Assembly: GCA_965240325.2 (NCBI GenBank)
Contig: OZ251223.1
Location: 1,550,001-1,614,000 of the forward strand
Reading direction: 5' to 3'
DNA: 64,000 nt
Source: Rebecca billardiae RCC1528
Taxonomy: Eukaryota > Protista > Haptophyta
Of the stretch, positions 54,571-62,837 are shown piece by piece; position 1 is the stretch's first letter, and the number at the start of each line of letters is the position of its first letter. The notes below the pieces were generated by a model that was given only the letters and a program-made list of their open reading frames with translations, was not told where the DNA came from and did no database searches. A program made the translations under genes and the position numbers.

Positions 54571-55905
54571 ATGGCTTACGCCGGCAAGCGTGTGACGAAC
54601 GATATTCGCGGTGATGACGCGATGGTGCTCGAGCAGGAGGAGACGGCTCCGAGCTACTATGACTTCTCAAACCCCAAGCCCGTCGCCGTTGGCGCTGCCT
54701 ACAAGAGGTCGACGATATATGCAGGCCCGTCGTCTAGCTTCACAAGTGGCCAGGTGATGCAATTCGATATCCCGACTGGCACGCCCGGCGCGATGATGGA
54801 CCCGTCGCAGACAGTCCTGCAGTTTACAATCCACAACACCTCTGGCCAGCCTCTCACGCTCTCAAGGTCTGCATACTCGTGCATCGAGCGCATTGACGCC
54901 TACCACGGCAGCCAGATGATCGCAAGCACGGGCAAGGCAGGCCTGCTGCACAATGTCTTGCTCGACTTCCAGTCGGGCGCATCTTCGGGCTTCTCCACCG
55001 GCAGCATGCTGGGCTGTGCCGACTACGAGATGCCTGCCGCATATGCAGCCGCCGATGTTGAGAGCGCGCTTTACCCGACAACCGGTGAGACAATTGCCAA
55101 CAATGCCCGGAAGACGGTTACCCTCCCACTCGCGTACGTGTTTGGCGCTCTGTGTGGTAAGGCGGTGCCGCTCTCTGAGCTGCACCAAGGCCTTCGTGTG
55201 GACATCCATGTGGCCAACATGCTCGACTTTGGCGTGTATGATGCCGACCCAGGCACTACCTCCCCCACGCTTGAGACGGTCAAGATGCAGCTCGGCATGG
55301 TCATGCTGAGCGATAGTGCCTACACCAAGATGGTTCGCTCGCTCGATCGGATCTACATCCCATCGATGTCCTACCTCCATGCCTCCCACTCGGTGGCTGC
55401 AAACACGTCGACGGCCTGGCAGTTGCCGTTCCGCCTGGCCTCGGTCAACATGATCATCCTGGCTGCGGTGCCGAATACCAGTGAGAACGCATTTGGTGGC
55501 GACATCACGACTCGCACGCGAGCGGCGCTCACCAAGTGGCAGTTGCGCATCGGCTCTACCCTCGTGCCGGATCAGCCAGTCTCTGCCACCCACGGCGGCG
55601 CAGAGACGCGCGCTGAGCTCGTTCGCGCCTTCAACGCGCTCGGCATTGCCGATTATGCCTCTCGCGTGAGCGGCACGGCCTTTGACGATGCGGCTTTCTG
55701 CATCGCCTTTAACACGAGCGCCTTCTCGCAGTCGGACATCCTCTTCGACGGCCGCCGTCTCGATACCGAGTACGCCATCTTTGAGGCGGACACGAACAGC
55801 GGGGCATCTTTCAAGTGGCATGCCTGGGCGCTCCACGATGTGATGATGGAGGTCTCACAGAACCAGCTTAATTTCGCCATTTACTTTCGCTCTATATATA
55901 CATGA
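54571..55905 (+). CDS. Major capsid protein (double jelly-roll, PLV type)
   Basis: 444 aa, beta-rich; SFTSGQVMQFDIP..MDPSQTVLQF, SCIERI, KAVPL..LRVDI, WQLRIG..VPDQPV, FCIAFN. Size and context fit a PLV MCP. Confidence 0.82.
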   Translation: MAYAGKRVTNDIRGDDAMVLEQEETAPSYYDFSNPKPVAVGAAYKRSTIYAGPSSSFTSGQVMQFDIPTGTPGAMMDPSQTVLQFTIHNTSGQPLTLSRSAYSCIERIDAYHGSQMIASTGKAGLLHNVLLDFQSGASSGFSTGSMLGCADYEMPAAYAAADVESALYPTTGETIANNARKTVTLPLAYVFGALCGKAVPLSELHQGLRVDIHVANMLDFGVYDADPGTTSPTLETVKMQLGMVMLSDSAYTKMVRSLDRIYIPSMSYLHASHSVAANTSTAWQLPFRLASVNMIILAAVPNTSENAFGGDITTRTRAALTKWQLRIGSTLVPDQPVSATHGGAETRAELVRAFNALGIADYASRVSGTAFDDAAFCIAFNTSAFSQSDILFDGRRLDTEYAIFEADTNSGASFKWHAWALHDVMMEVSQNQLNFAIYFRSIYT

Positions 55906-56195
55906 GTTTTCTAGGTAGACTCGTTAGAGATGCGCGCGGAAAGATCGGCGGGCTGGCTAACACCGCCCGAAGGCTCGGCAGACCTATCAGCTCTGCAATC
56001 CATCACCTAAAGCCCTGTGTAGACAAGGTGGGTGGGGACGTCACCCAATTCTTGAACGAAGTCGATCGCACCGAAGGCCTCGGCGATATCGCCTCACCTT
56101 ATACGGCCGCGGGAAGGCGGGCCATACAGCGTGGGCGTCAGATCTCCAACCGTCTGGACCAGGGGGCTCGCAGAGCCGACCGGTTTCTACGCTAG
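55902..56195 (+). CDS. Small basic putative virion/core protein
   Basis: 97 aa, Arg/Gly-rich, amphipathic N-terminus MSFLGRLVRDARGKIGGL; ATGA overlap with the MCP stop. Confidence 0.6.
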   Translation: MSFLGRLVRDARGKIGGLANTARRLGRPISSAIHHLKPCVDKVGGDVTQFLNEVDRTEGLGDIASPYTAAGRRAIQRGRQISNRLDQGARRADRFLR

Positions 56196-56804
56196 GCGGT
56201 GCTGCTCTCGTAAAAAGCGGATTGGGCGCGTGAACGCGTCTGCGCTGATGCGCCCGACCGTCTTCCGACTGCCCCCTCGCTGAGTGAGCGAGAGTGCCGA
56301 CACGATATCGCCTGGAGAGCGGACATCGAATTGTGTCTTTGGTAAGACCTTTCCGATATCCTTCAACCCAGCACCTTTTTGGGATGTATGCACCTGAGCT
56401 GCGCCAGAGTTTTCGGCCAGGTGCCCGCCCAAGCTGTGGCCCATGGCTGACGTCACGCCATATTTTCGCCGCACAATCTCGACCAGCTTTCGGGCTCGCT
56501 GGTGGCGCGGGTCATATACAGAGAAGCCGAGCGCGAGTGGCACATCAGACACTGCCCAGTCGGCAAAGCTGACACTGCCTCGAAATAGGACTAGCGGCCG
56601 GCCTGATGCTATGTGCACCAATACCTTGTCTTCGTCAGACGAGAGTCTGACGTCGAGCCGGTACCGCGGCTTTACGTGCTCGCGCGCCTGCTCGAGCGTC
56701 ATGTATGATGCTTCTAGCAACATGCGCCTGTCTTTTTGGAGGGTCGTCCCCGAATCGAATAGCATGCGCTCGCCTTCCTGGGTGGAGATGGTGGGGATAT
56801 TCAT
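56187..56804 (-). CDS. Class 3 lipase (alpha/beta hydrolase)
   Basis: VLFRGS..DW, nucleophile elbow GHSLGG, GDIVS, C-terminal His. Confidence 0.88.
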   Translation of the reverse strand: MNIPTISTQEGERMLFDSGTTLQKDRRMLLEASYMTLEQAREHVKPRYRLDVRLSSDEDKVLVHIASGRPLVLFRGSVSFADWAVSDVPLALGFSVYDPRHQRARKLVEIVRRKYGVTSAMGHSLGGHLAENSGAAQVHTSQKGAGLKDIGKVLPKTQFDVRSPGDIVSALSLTQRGGSRKTVGRISADAFTRPIRFLREQHRLA

Positions 56805-56818
56805 ATTACTGCGCAGTT

Positions 56819-57451
56819 TTATTTGCGAGGCCTGAGCATCCTGAACCCGTGGGCCGAGCGGACTGGGTGCCCGCTCGTGGCGTCTACAATGTTTGTGACC
56901 TGCGCTCGCCTGTCTCTCTGGCTACGCGTGCGACGGATGGCTCCAGTAGGGATGACCGAGGTTTGCTCCACAGCCGGCTGACTGCCGCCTCTGTGAGTGA
57001 TCGACCCCTTGTCATTGAAGACGTACCAGTTCCCCTCTGTTTGCCTCCGCACCACCGCCATGAGCAGAGCCAGGAGCGGCCGAATCTCAGGCCATGGTGC
57101 CCCGCTTTGTCGCCACTCTTTATCCCGGAGAGGCTTGACAAAACTGTAGCCTGGATTCGTGCGAGCGAGAAGCCGATCCTCCACATCTTTGGCCAGGTTG
57201 GGGCTCGTCACAAGGAATGCCAGTAGCTTGAAGCTGCCCGCTGCGTATGGCATGCTGTGCCTGTATCCCGCGAAGAGCCGACTCCGAATATTTTTGGTCA
57301 TTCCCATTTTAAACAGGGGTCTCTTGCCCGCCCATGTTGGGTGGATCACATACACGCCGGCAATCTTTTTGTCCTTGTCAGCGAAGCCCGCATTTTGCAG
57401 CGCAGCCTTAAACTGCGTATACTCCTTCTTTAGCGGGTCAGTGATACGCAT
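56819..57451 (-). CDS. GIY-YIG superfamily (T5orf172-like) nuclease
   Basis: AGVYVI..LFKMGMTKNIRSRL..Y..VEDRLL..KEW. The start is placed at ATG 57451 because the longer ORF overlaps the opposite-strand gene. Confidence 0.65.
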   Translation of the reverse strand: MRITDPLKKEYTQFKAALQNAGFADKDKKIAGVYVIHPTWAGKRPLFKMGMTKNIRSRLFAGYRHSMPYAAGSFKLLAFLVTSPNLAKDVEDRLLARTNPGYSFVKPLRDKEWRQSGAPWPEIRPLLALLMAVVRRQTEGNWYVFNDKGSITHRGGSQPAVEQTSVIPTGAIRRTRSQRDRRAQVTNIVDATSGHPVRSAHGFRMLRPRK

Positions 57452-57473
57452 ATTATTATATGGCTTATAATAT

Positions 57474-59594
57474 ATGGCGAGCATCTTCGGCCTAGTTTCA
57501 TCATCATCATCATCAATCAGCTGGAGTGGCGAGGTGCTCACGTACCCAGCAAGCTCGTCTATAACTATCAATTTCGTTCCGCCACTGCCCAACGAGGACC
57601 TGAAAATACGGGTTTCCCATCCCAGGCATATATTCACTGTGACGAGCGCGAGCATAACTCCATCGAGCGCCACTGTAGTCTGGACAGCGGACAATTATGA
57701 GAAGGTAGTGAATCGCCAATATGATCACGAGTATAAGCCTTATTTCAGCGTGTACTCCGGCGATAGCCTACTGACCAGCTTTGATCACACGGGTACGCTA
57801 TATCATGGATCGATCGAGTCTGGCAATCTGATTACCCAGTCCATGCTCACTGGCCCCACAGTGGCTCATTTCCCGCTGACCGCAGACCTGGTTGATACCA
57901 CTCCCCGCGCTCAGAGCCTCGTGCCGGCTGGCACGTTTGCCTTTGCTGAAGACTCCGCTCGCTCAACGGCCAATGCGAGCACGCTCACGCTCCAGACACC
58001 GGGGCACGACTGGCGGGATTTTAGTGCGGCTTTCTACCTGAAGGGCTGCCCAGGCCTGAGTAAGCTCTCACTAGGCGGTGGGCTCTCGTACGCGAGCGCT
58101 GAGCTGGACTCGAACATCATCGCTAGTAGCAGTGTCGGCTTTGTAGACGACGTGAGCCAGATGGTCCCAAGCGGTGTCTGGACACACTTTGTCATCTCGC
58201 AGGAAACCAACTCTTTTGAGGCGAATATCGAGATCTATGCGGACCAAACGCTCCTCCACTCTCGCACTATTGGCCAACAAACGGACCCAGATTTCAAGCG
58301 GATTTCGCTCTACTACCCACTCGTCGCCACGCTTGACGACCAGGCTGCGCTCGCGCAGCTGAGCATATATCCATACGCTCTCGATGCGGCCGGCCGCCTG
58401 GCGCATGCGCAGTCGTGGCTTGGATATGTCCTGCGGTACACATGGTTGCTCGATGGAAACTTGCTCGAGGTAGACGGTGCCGCCGCCGCGCTGCAGCCCA
58501 CAAATGGCGATTATGTGATGACGAGCGGTTACCTAGAGATGCAAAATACTAGTACATTGCATCTCGGTCTGAATGAAATGCCCGACATGCAGGGCAGCGA
58601 GCGCTTCTCGCTTGCGGCATGGACCTACCGCCCGAATAACACCGATGCCGTTCGCATGTGGCTCCTCGAGGATGGCGTCACCGACTTCACTTTCGAGATC
58701 ATCGGTGGCCAGCTGCGCTCTGAGCTGGGCGCGACAGCGTTTCAGGACTTGGCAGGACCGGCACATGGAGAGTGGCACCACATTGCGCAAACAGTGGATG
58801 GCACCACGTCCAAAGTGTACATCGATGGTGTGCTGGTGAGTACTACCACGCTACCAGCCAGCTTCACCCCGCTGCTCAGCATCATCGGGCACAGAACCGC
58901 GCCTATGACCGCAGGCGTGCGACTGTATGCCATGACAATCGCGCGCGGGATCATCGATGTGCCGACGGTGATGAATTTGTACTCGCCGATGCAAGGCTTA
59001 AATCCATTTGCCAGCTGGCCGATGACGACGAATTTGACCGATGATGTTGGCAGCTATGCTTTCACTGTATCCAGCGGCACTGCAACGCACACCAATGGCT
59101 ATGCTGATCTCAGCAGCTCGGTTGTGATGACAGCGCCAGTACCGACGCAGACGATGACGATGTTTGGGTTCTCAGCGTGGGTTTATGTCGACAACGTCTC
59201 AGGCTCATTCAAACTCGAGTGGCGCAATACAGGCTCGAAGGTCGTTCATTTTTACATCTACCGCAACGGCGTTGGGAACACCGCGTTTGGGTTCGATATC
59301 ACAGGGCAGTCTGGTAATTTATACGACCGAGTCGATGTTTTGCCGCTGAACACCTGGTATCATATTGCTTGGTCTTATACAGTGGGAGGCAACATGGAGG
59401 CCTGGTTGAACAAGGTATCGCTCGGCGTTGAGGCCATGAGCGCCACTGCCGTGGGCGATGTCAACGAAATTTACGCGAGCACGCCCCCAAGCGGCGGTCC
59501 ATTCAAGTGTGCTGCAGTGCGCTTCTACACCGAAGGTGCGATCACGCAGGCCGAGGTCGATCGCGACTATGACCTCTTCACGCCTCCGCCATAG
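57474..59594 (+). CDS. Triple LamG/concanavalin A-like protein, putative receptor-binding fibre
   Basis: Three repeats opening AHFPLTADLVD, YTWLLDGNLLE and ASWPMTTNLTD, each with F(S)..(W/F) and W.H signatures (GVWTHF, GEWHHIAQTVDG..KVYIDG, NTWYHIAW). Confidence 0.8.
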   Translation: MASIFGLVSSSSSSISWSGEVLTYPASSSITINFVPPLPNEDLKIRVSHPRHIFTVTSASITPSSATVVWTADNYEKVVNRQYDHEYKPYFSVYSGDSLLTSFDHTGTLYHGSIESGNLITQSMLTGPTVAHFPLTADLVDTTPRAQSLVPAGTFAFAEDSARSTANASTLTLQTPGHDWRDFSAAFYLKGCPGLSKLSLGGGLSYASAELDSNIIASSSVGFVDDVSQMVPSGVWTHFVISQETNSFEANIEIYADQTLLHSRTIGQQTDPDFKRISLYYPLVATLDDQAALAQLSIYPYALDAAGRLAHAQSWLGYVLRYTWLLDGNLLEVDGAAAALQPTNGDYVMTSGYLEMQNTSTLHLGLNEMPDMQGSERFSLAAWTYRPNNTDAVRMWLLEDGVTDFTFEIIGGQLRSELGATAFQDLAGPAHGEWHHIAQTVDGTTSKVYIDGVLVSTTTLPASFTPLLSIIGHRTAPMTAGVRLYAMTIARGIIDVPTVMNLYSPMQGLNPFASWPMTTNLTDDVGSYAFTVSSGTATHTNGYADLSSSVVMTAPVPTQTMTMFGFSAWVYVDNVSGSFKLEWRNTGSKVVHFYIYRNGVGNTAFGFDITGQSGNLYDRVDVLPLNTWYHIAWSYTVGGNMEAWLNKVSLGVEAMSATAVGDVNEIYASTPPSGGPFKCAAVRFYTEGAITQAEVDRDYDLFTPPP

Positions 59595-59615
59595 ACTAAA
59601 AATCATGTCATATAA

Positions 59616-59855
59616 ATGAAAGCTTCGACCCGCAAGGGTAAGCGATACGAGTACAAGGGTGTGCATTTTGGTGCTAAAGGCGGTAAGACGTATATAGACC
59701 ATGGTGATGATGCCATCAAAAAGGCCTGGATCGCTAGGCATCGCGTGAATAAAAACTGGAACAACCCCAAATCTGGGATTTACTACAGCCGTCATTTGCT
59801 GTGGGGCCCGACACCGAGCCTGCAGAAAAACCTGGAGATACTACATGGACGATAG
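59616..59855 (+). CDS. Tlr6F-like protein (conserved in PLVs and virophages)
   Basis: KRY..VHFGA.G..YIDH.D..KKAWIARH..W..YSRHLLW pattern. Confidence 0.8.
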   Translation: MKASTRKGKRYEYKGVHFGAKGGKTYIDHGDDAIKKAWIARHRVNKNWNNPKSGIYYSRHLLWGPTPSLQKNLEILHGR

Positions 59856-60158
59856 GCCGCCTCCATCGGCCGTCTTCAGCGCCGAGTGCGTGCTCAGCTG
59901 CATATCTGAATTGCTATCTTCCTTGTTTTGCCGAGGATGACGCTCGCGCCAGAGTGCCTGACGTTTCTTGAGCAGCTCCCGGTTGCATGCGATGCAGATC
60001 TTGGCCCGGTAAACACGCTTGTTCTTGCGACGATAGTTCATCTCGAGTGCGGGCACGTATTTCTCACATGCTTTACAGTGGGCGTACAGGCCCTTGAGCT
60101 CGGCTGGATTCTCCGGGCCCATGCGACCATCCTCGACGGTCGTGAAGGTGGTCTTCAT
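59841..60158 (-). CDS. Small zinc-ribbon (CxxC..CxxC) basic protein
   Basis: HCKACEK..Y.RK..KICIACNRE..WRERH; first ATG at 60158. Confidence 0.65.
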   Translation of the reverse strand: MKTTFTTVEDGRMGPENPAELKGLYAHCKACEKYVPALEMNYRRKNKRVYRAKICIACNRELLKKRQALWRERHPRQNKEDSNSDMQLSTHSALKTADGGGLSSM

Positions 60159-60232
60159 ACTTAACACACCGCAGAAATTATTTAGCCACCGACCACCCGC
60201 TCGCCACTATGGCGGTTGGGTGGTGGCTGGCC

Positions 60233-60477
60233 TCGTAGCGCGCAGTGTATCGAAGTGGCGTCTAAATTTTCGCTTGTGAAAGCATGGTTTTCAGCGCGAA
60301 AATCACCGGCATTTGCCAGTCTCGTTTCGGGTGGCAAACACCGGTGATTTCGGAGGGGCGGGAGGGATGGAGGGTGTGCGCGGATGCGCGAAAATGACCT
60401 GCGGGTGCCGGCCATTTTGTGACGGCGCGGCGGCCGGGGGTAAACTGTCCTGGTGAGTAGGTAATACCTTCTCTCTC
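60233..60477 (-). repeat. Right terminal inverted repeat of the PLV (245 bp)
   Basis: Reverse complement of 46640-46884. Confidence 0.96.
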
Positions 60478-60489
60478 GTCAAAGTAATA

Positions 60490-60537
60490 ATATATATATG
60501 TATATATATACATATATATGTATATATATATATATAT
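60490..60537. repeat. Imperfect (TA)n microsatellite just outside the right PLV end
   Basis: tatatatatgtatatatatacatatatatg... Confidence 0.9.
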
Positions 60538-61613
60538 TGCGTATAGTCAATAGTGACGAATCTGTCTTAGAAAGAGTCCCGGTGGATTCCGGAAACTTAT
60601 TTTGAACTAAAGTTATCGGATACGAGAGTACTATTCTCAGAACTACTCTGTAGAGTGTCAGGTAGAGTCACATCACTGCTTACTCGGTCTTATTCCCGGT
60701 CTCGGGTCTGCCGGCGGGACCAGTAGTACGGTACTCACCACTACACCAGTCCGGGCCGAGACCGGGACCGCGCCGGGCCGGCGGGCGGCGCCGGGCGCTC
60801 TGCCGGTCCGCGAGTCGCCGGCCGCGAAGTATTAGTGAGCCACAGTCAGGATGCGGCAGGCGAGTGAGGCGGGTCCCCGGGCTGGCTGCGACACTCTGAC
60901 TGACTCTGAGTCCGCGCTACACAGTCCGCGCTACATTAGTCAGTCGTAAGTTCCGCGCTTATAGTTGATGATGACTAGTGAGTACTAATAGTAGTTTCGG
61001 ACTGCGTCGCGGTTAGTTAGTAACAGTCTCGGTTCACTTAGACTCTGACTCAGTGTTAGGTGGCAACGGTCGGGCGGCTGACGAAGACGTAACGGAGCTG
61101 CCAGCTGGGGGGCGGGCGGGGGGGCGGCGGGGGGGAGGGGGACCGGGAGCCGCGGAGCCTCAGCCACCGTTGTTGGCCGAGCCATTCGGACTCGGTCTCG
61201 GAGACACCGCCCGACACGACGGTTCGGAGCCGCCATGTAATGCGGCTGGCAACAGAATCGCGGCTGTCACAGACACAATGCGGCCCATATATCATAACTT
61301 AATACTATCCGGTTATACACTTTATTATTTGTTTTAACGTGCGTAAGGCTCACGGTGGCAGGTTGCCGCGCCATCCTTCGGCTTCATCAGTTCACATCGG
61401 TTGCGGGCGGCTCTCAGTTCGCGGATCTCACGCTCTCCGATGAGTCTCCGCCACTAGAGAGACCTACAGCTGAATCTGGACCGGTCATGCCTGTCAGCTG
61501 TCTTAGTGTGTGCGCTGGTAAGGCGGACAGCGCTAGAGCCTAGATCGGGCCGCTCAATATCGGACATACCGTAGCTATGCAGTATGCAGCCAGGCGGGAG
61601 CAGAATGCCGTGT

Positions 61614-62837
61614 TCACGCCTCCGCACGGGGGCGCAGAGGGGAGGGCACATGGAACGAGACCCGCGCGCTCCGCACTCGAGGACCGGGGCTCCCCTTCCG
61701 AGCGGGGGAGCGCGGCGGCGTGCGCACTGGCGGGTGCGTCGGTGCGTCGTAAAAGACGTCCCCGTGGCTCGCTGCCGCGCCGTCGTCGTGGGGATGCTGG
61801 GCACTCGTCGCGGGCGTGACCTCGTGGTGGCCGCCAGTGTCCGCGGCACGCGCGATGAGCTCGTCGACCGTGGGCACCGCGAGGCGCCCGCCGTACTGCG
61901 CAGGGAGCGACGCCCCGTCGATCGCGGCAGCGAGCGTCGGTCTGTAGTTGCGGCTGCAGAAGCCGTACTTGGCGGTGGTCGCCTCGGGCAGCAGCCGCTT
62001 GAGTACGTTGAACGCGGGCGCGACGACGAGCGGCGCGTTGATCACGAAGAGGCGCGCGCCGGTCTCCGGGAAGATCGTGAACGACTCGTGCGTGTCGAAC
62101 GTGCCGCGGTAGCTCTGCACGCGCGGCGCCGTCGCGTGCCAGATCAGCTCGGCCACGCCGATCCCGTCGAGGTCGACAATCACCGTCTGCCGCACGAGCC
62201 GCCCCTGGGCCTGCGTGAGCTCGTGAAGCAGCAGCTGCATCTGGATCTCGCGCGCCAGGCGGAACTGCAGGAACTCCACCGGGCTCACCGTCTCCACGAG
62301 CTGCGCCCACGAGTGCAGCAGCGCGCGCGAGAAGACGAGGACAATGTCACCGTCCCGGTCGAGGGTGCCGGTCGGTAGGAACTCGCCCCAGCAGGGGAGC
62401 ACGCGCGACGCGTGCGGCAGCCGCTCGAAGCGCCAGAAGTCGCGGGCGTCAGCAGACCACAAGGACTGGCGCAACTCCGCGGCCCCGAGGCGCTCGCGGA
62501 GGCGCATCGCCTCCTCGAAGGCTGCCGCCGCCGTGGGTGCATCGTGCTTGTGGAAGCGGAGGAAGCGTAGCAGGGCTTGCTCGCTCAGCACCTCGGGGAA
62601 GTCGCGCCCGGCAGCGCGCTCCGCGCGAATCGTCGTCTGGGCGAGTTCCACGAGTTGCTCGAGGTGCGCTCGCTCCACGGCGTCGATCTTTAGGCCTCGC
62701 GCCTCTCCGGGCGGCTTGCGCACCGCGGGCGAGCGCGCGCTATCGCTGGACGCCGACGAGCCTGAAGATCTGCTGCTGTGCGACGGGCTGTCGCCCGCAA
62801 TCACGCGCTTGCGCGGCGAAGGAATCTTCCAGCCCAT
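61614..62837 (-). CDS. CRAL-TRIO/Sec14-like lipid-binding protein
   Basis: LLRFLRFHKHD..A, DRDGDIV, VIVDLDG, FPE..RLFVINAP..LLPEATTAK, IDGASLPAQYGG. Confidence 0.9.
   Translation of the reverse strand: MGWKIPSPRKRVIAGDSPSHSSRSSGSSASSDSARSPAVRKPPGEARGLKIDAVERAHLEQLVELAQTTIRAERAAGRDFPEVLSEQALLRFLRFHKHDAPTAAAAFEEAMRLRERLGAAELRQSLWSADARDFWRFERLPHASRVLPCWGEFLPTGTLDRDGDIVLVFSRALLHSWAQLVETVSPVEFLQFRLAREIQMQLLLHELTQAQGRLVRQTVIVDLDGIGVAELIWHATAPRVQSYRGTFDTHESFTIFPETGARLFVINAPLVVAPAFNVLKRLLPEATTAKYGFCSRNYRPTLAAAIDGASLPAQYGGRLAVPTVDELIARAADTGGHHEVTPATSAQHPHDDGAAASHGDVFYDAPTHPPVRTPPRSPARKGSPGPRVRSARVSFHVPSPLRPRAEA

Larger units (their letters stand above)
46640..60477. mobile_element. Endogenous Polinton-like virus, 13,838 bp
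   Basis: 245-bp TIRs; dense intronless ORFs, visibly less GC-rich than host genes; encodes pPolB, A32 ATPase, minor and major capsid proteins, lipase and Tlr6F. Confidence 0.95.

Noticed and set aside
46634-60483. 6-bp TSD around the PLV (TTGCAA or TGCAAG versus GTCAAA or CGTCAA)
   Set aside because: No exact match under either terminus placement; the partial CAA similarity is not convincing.
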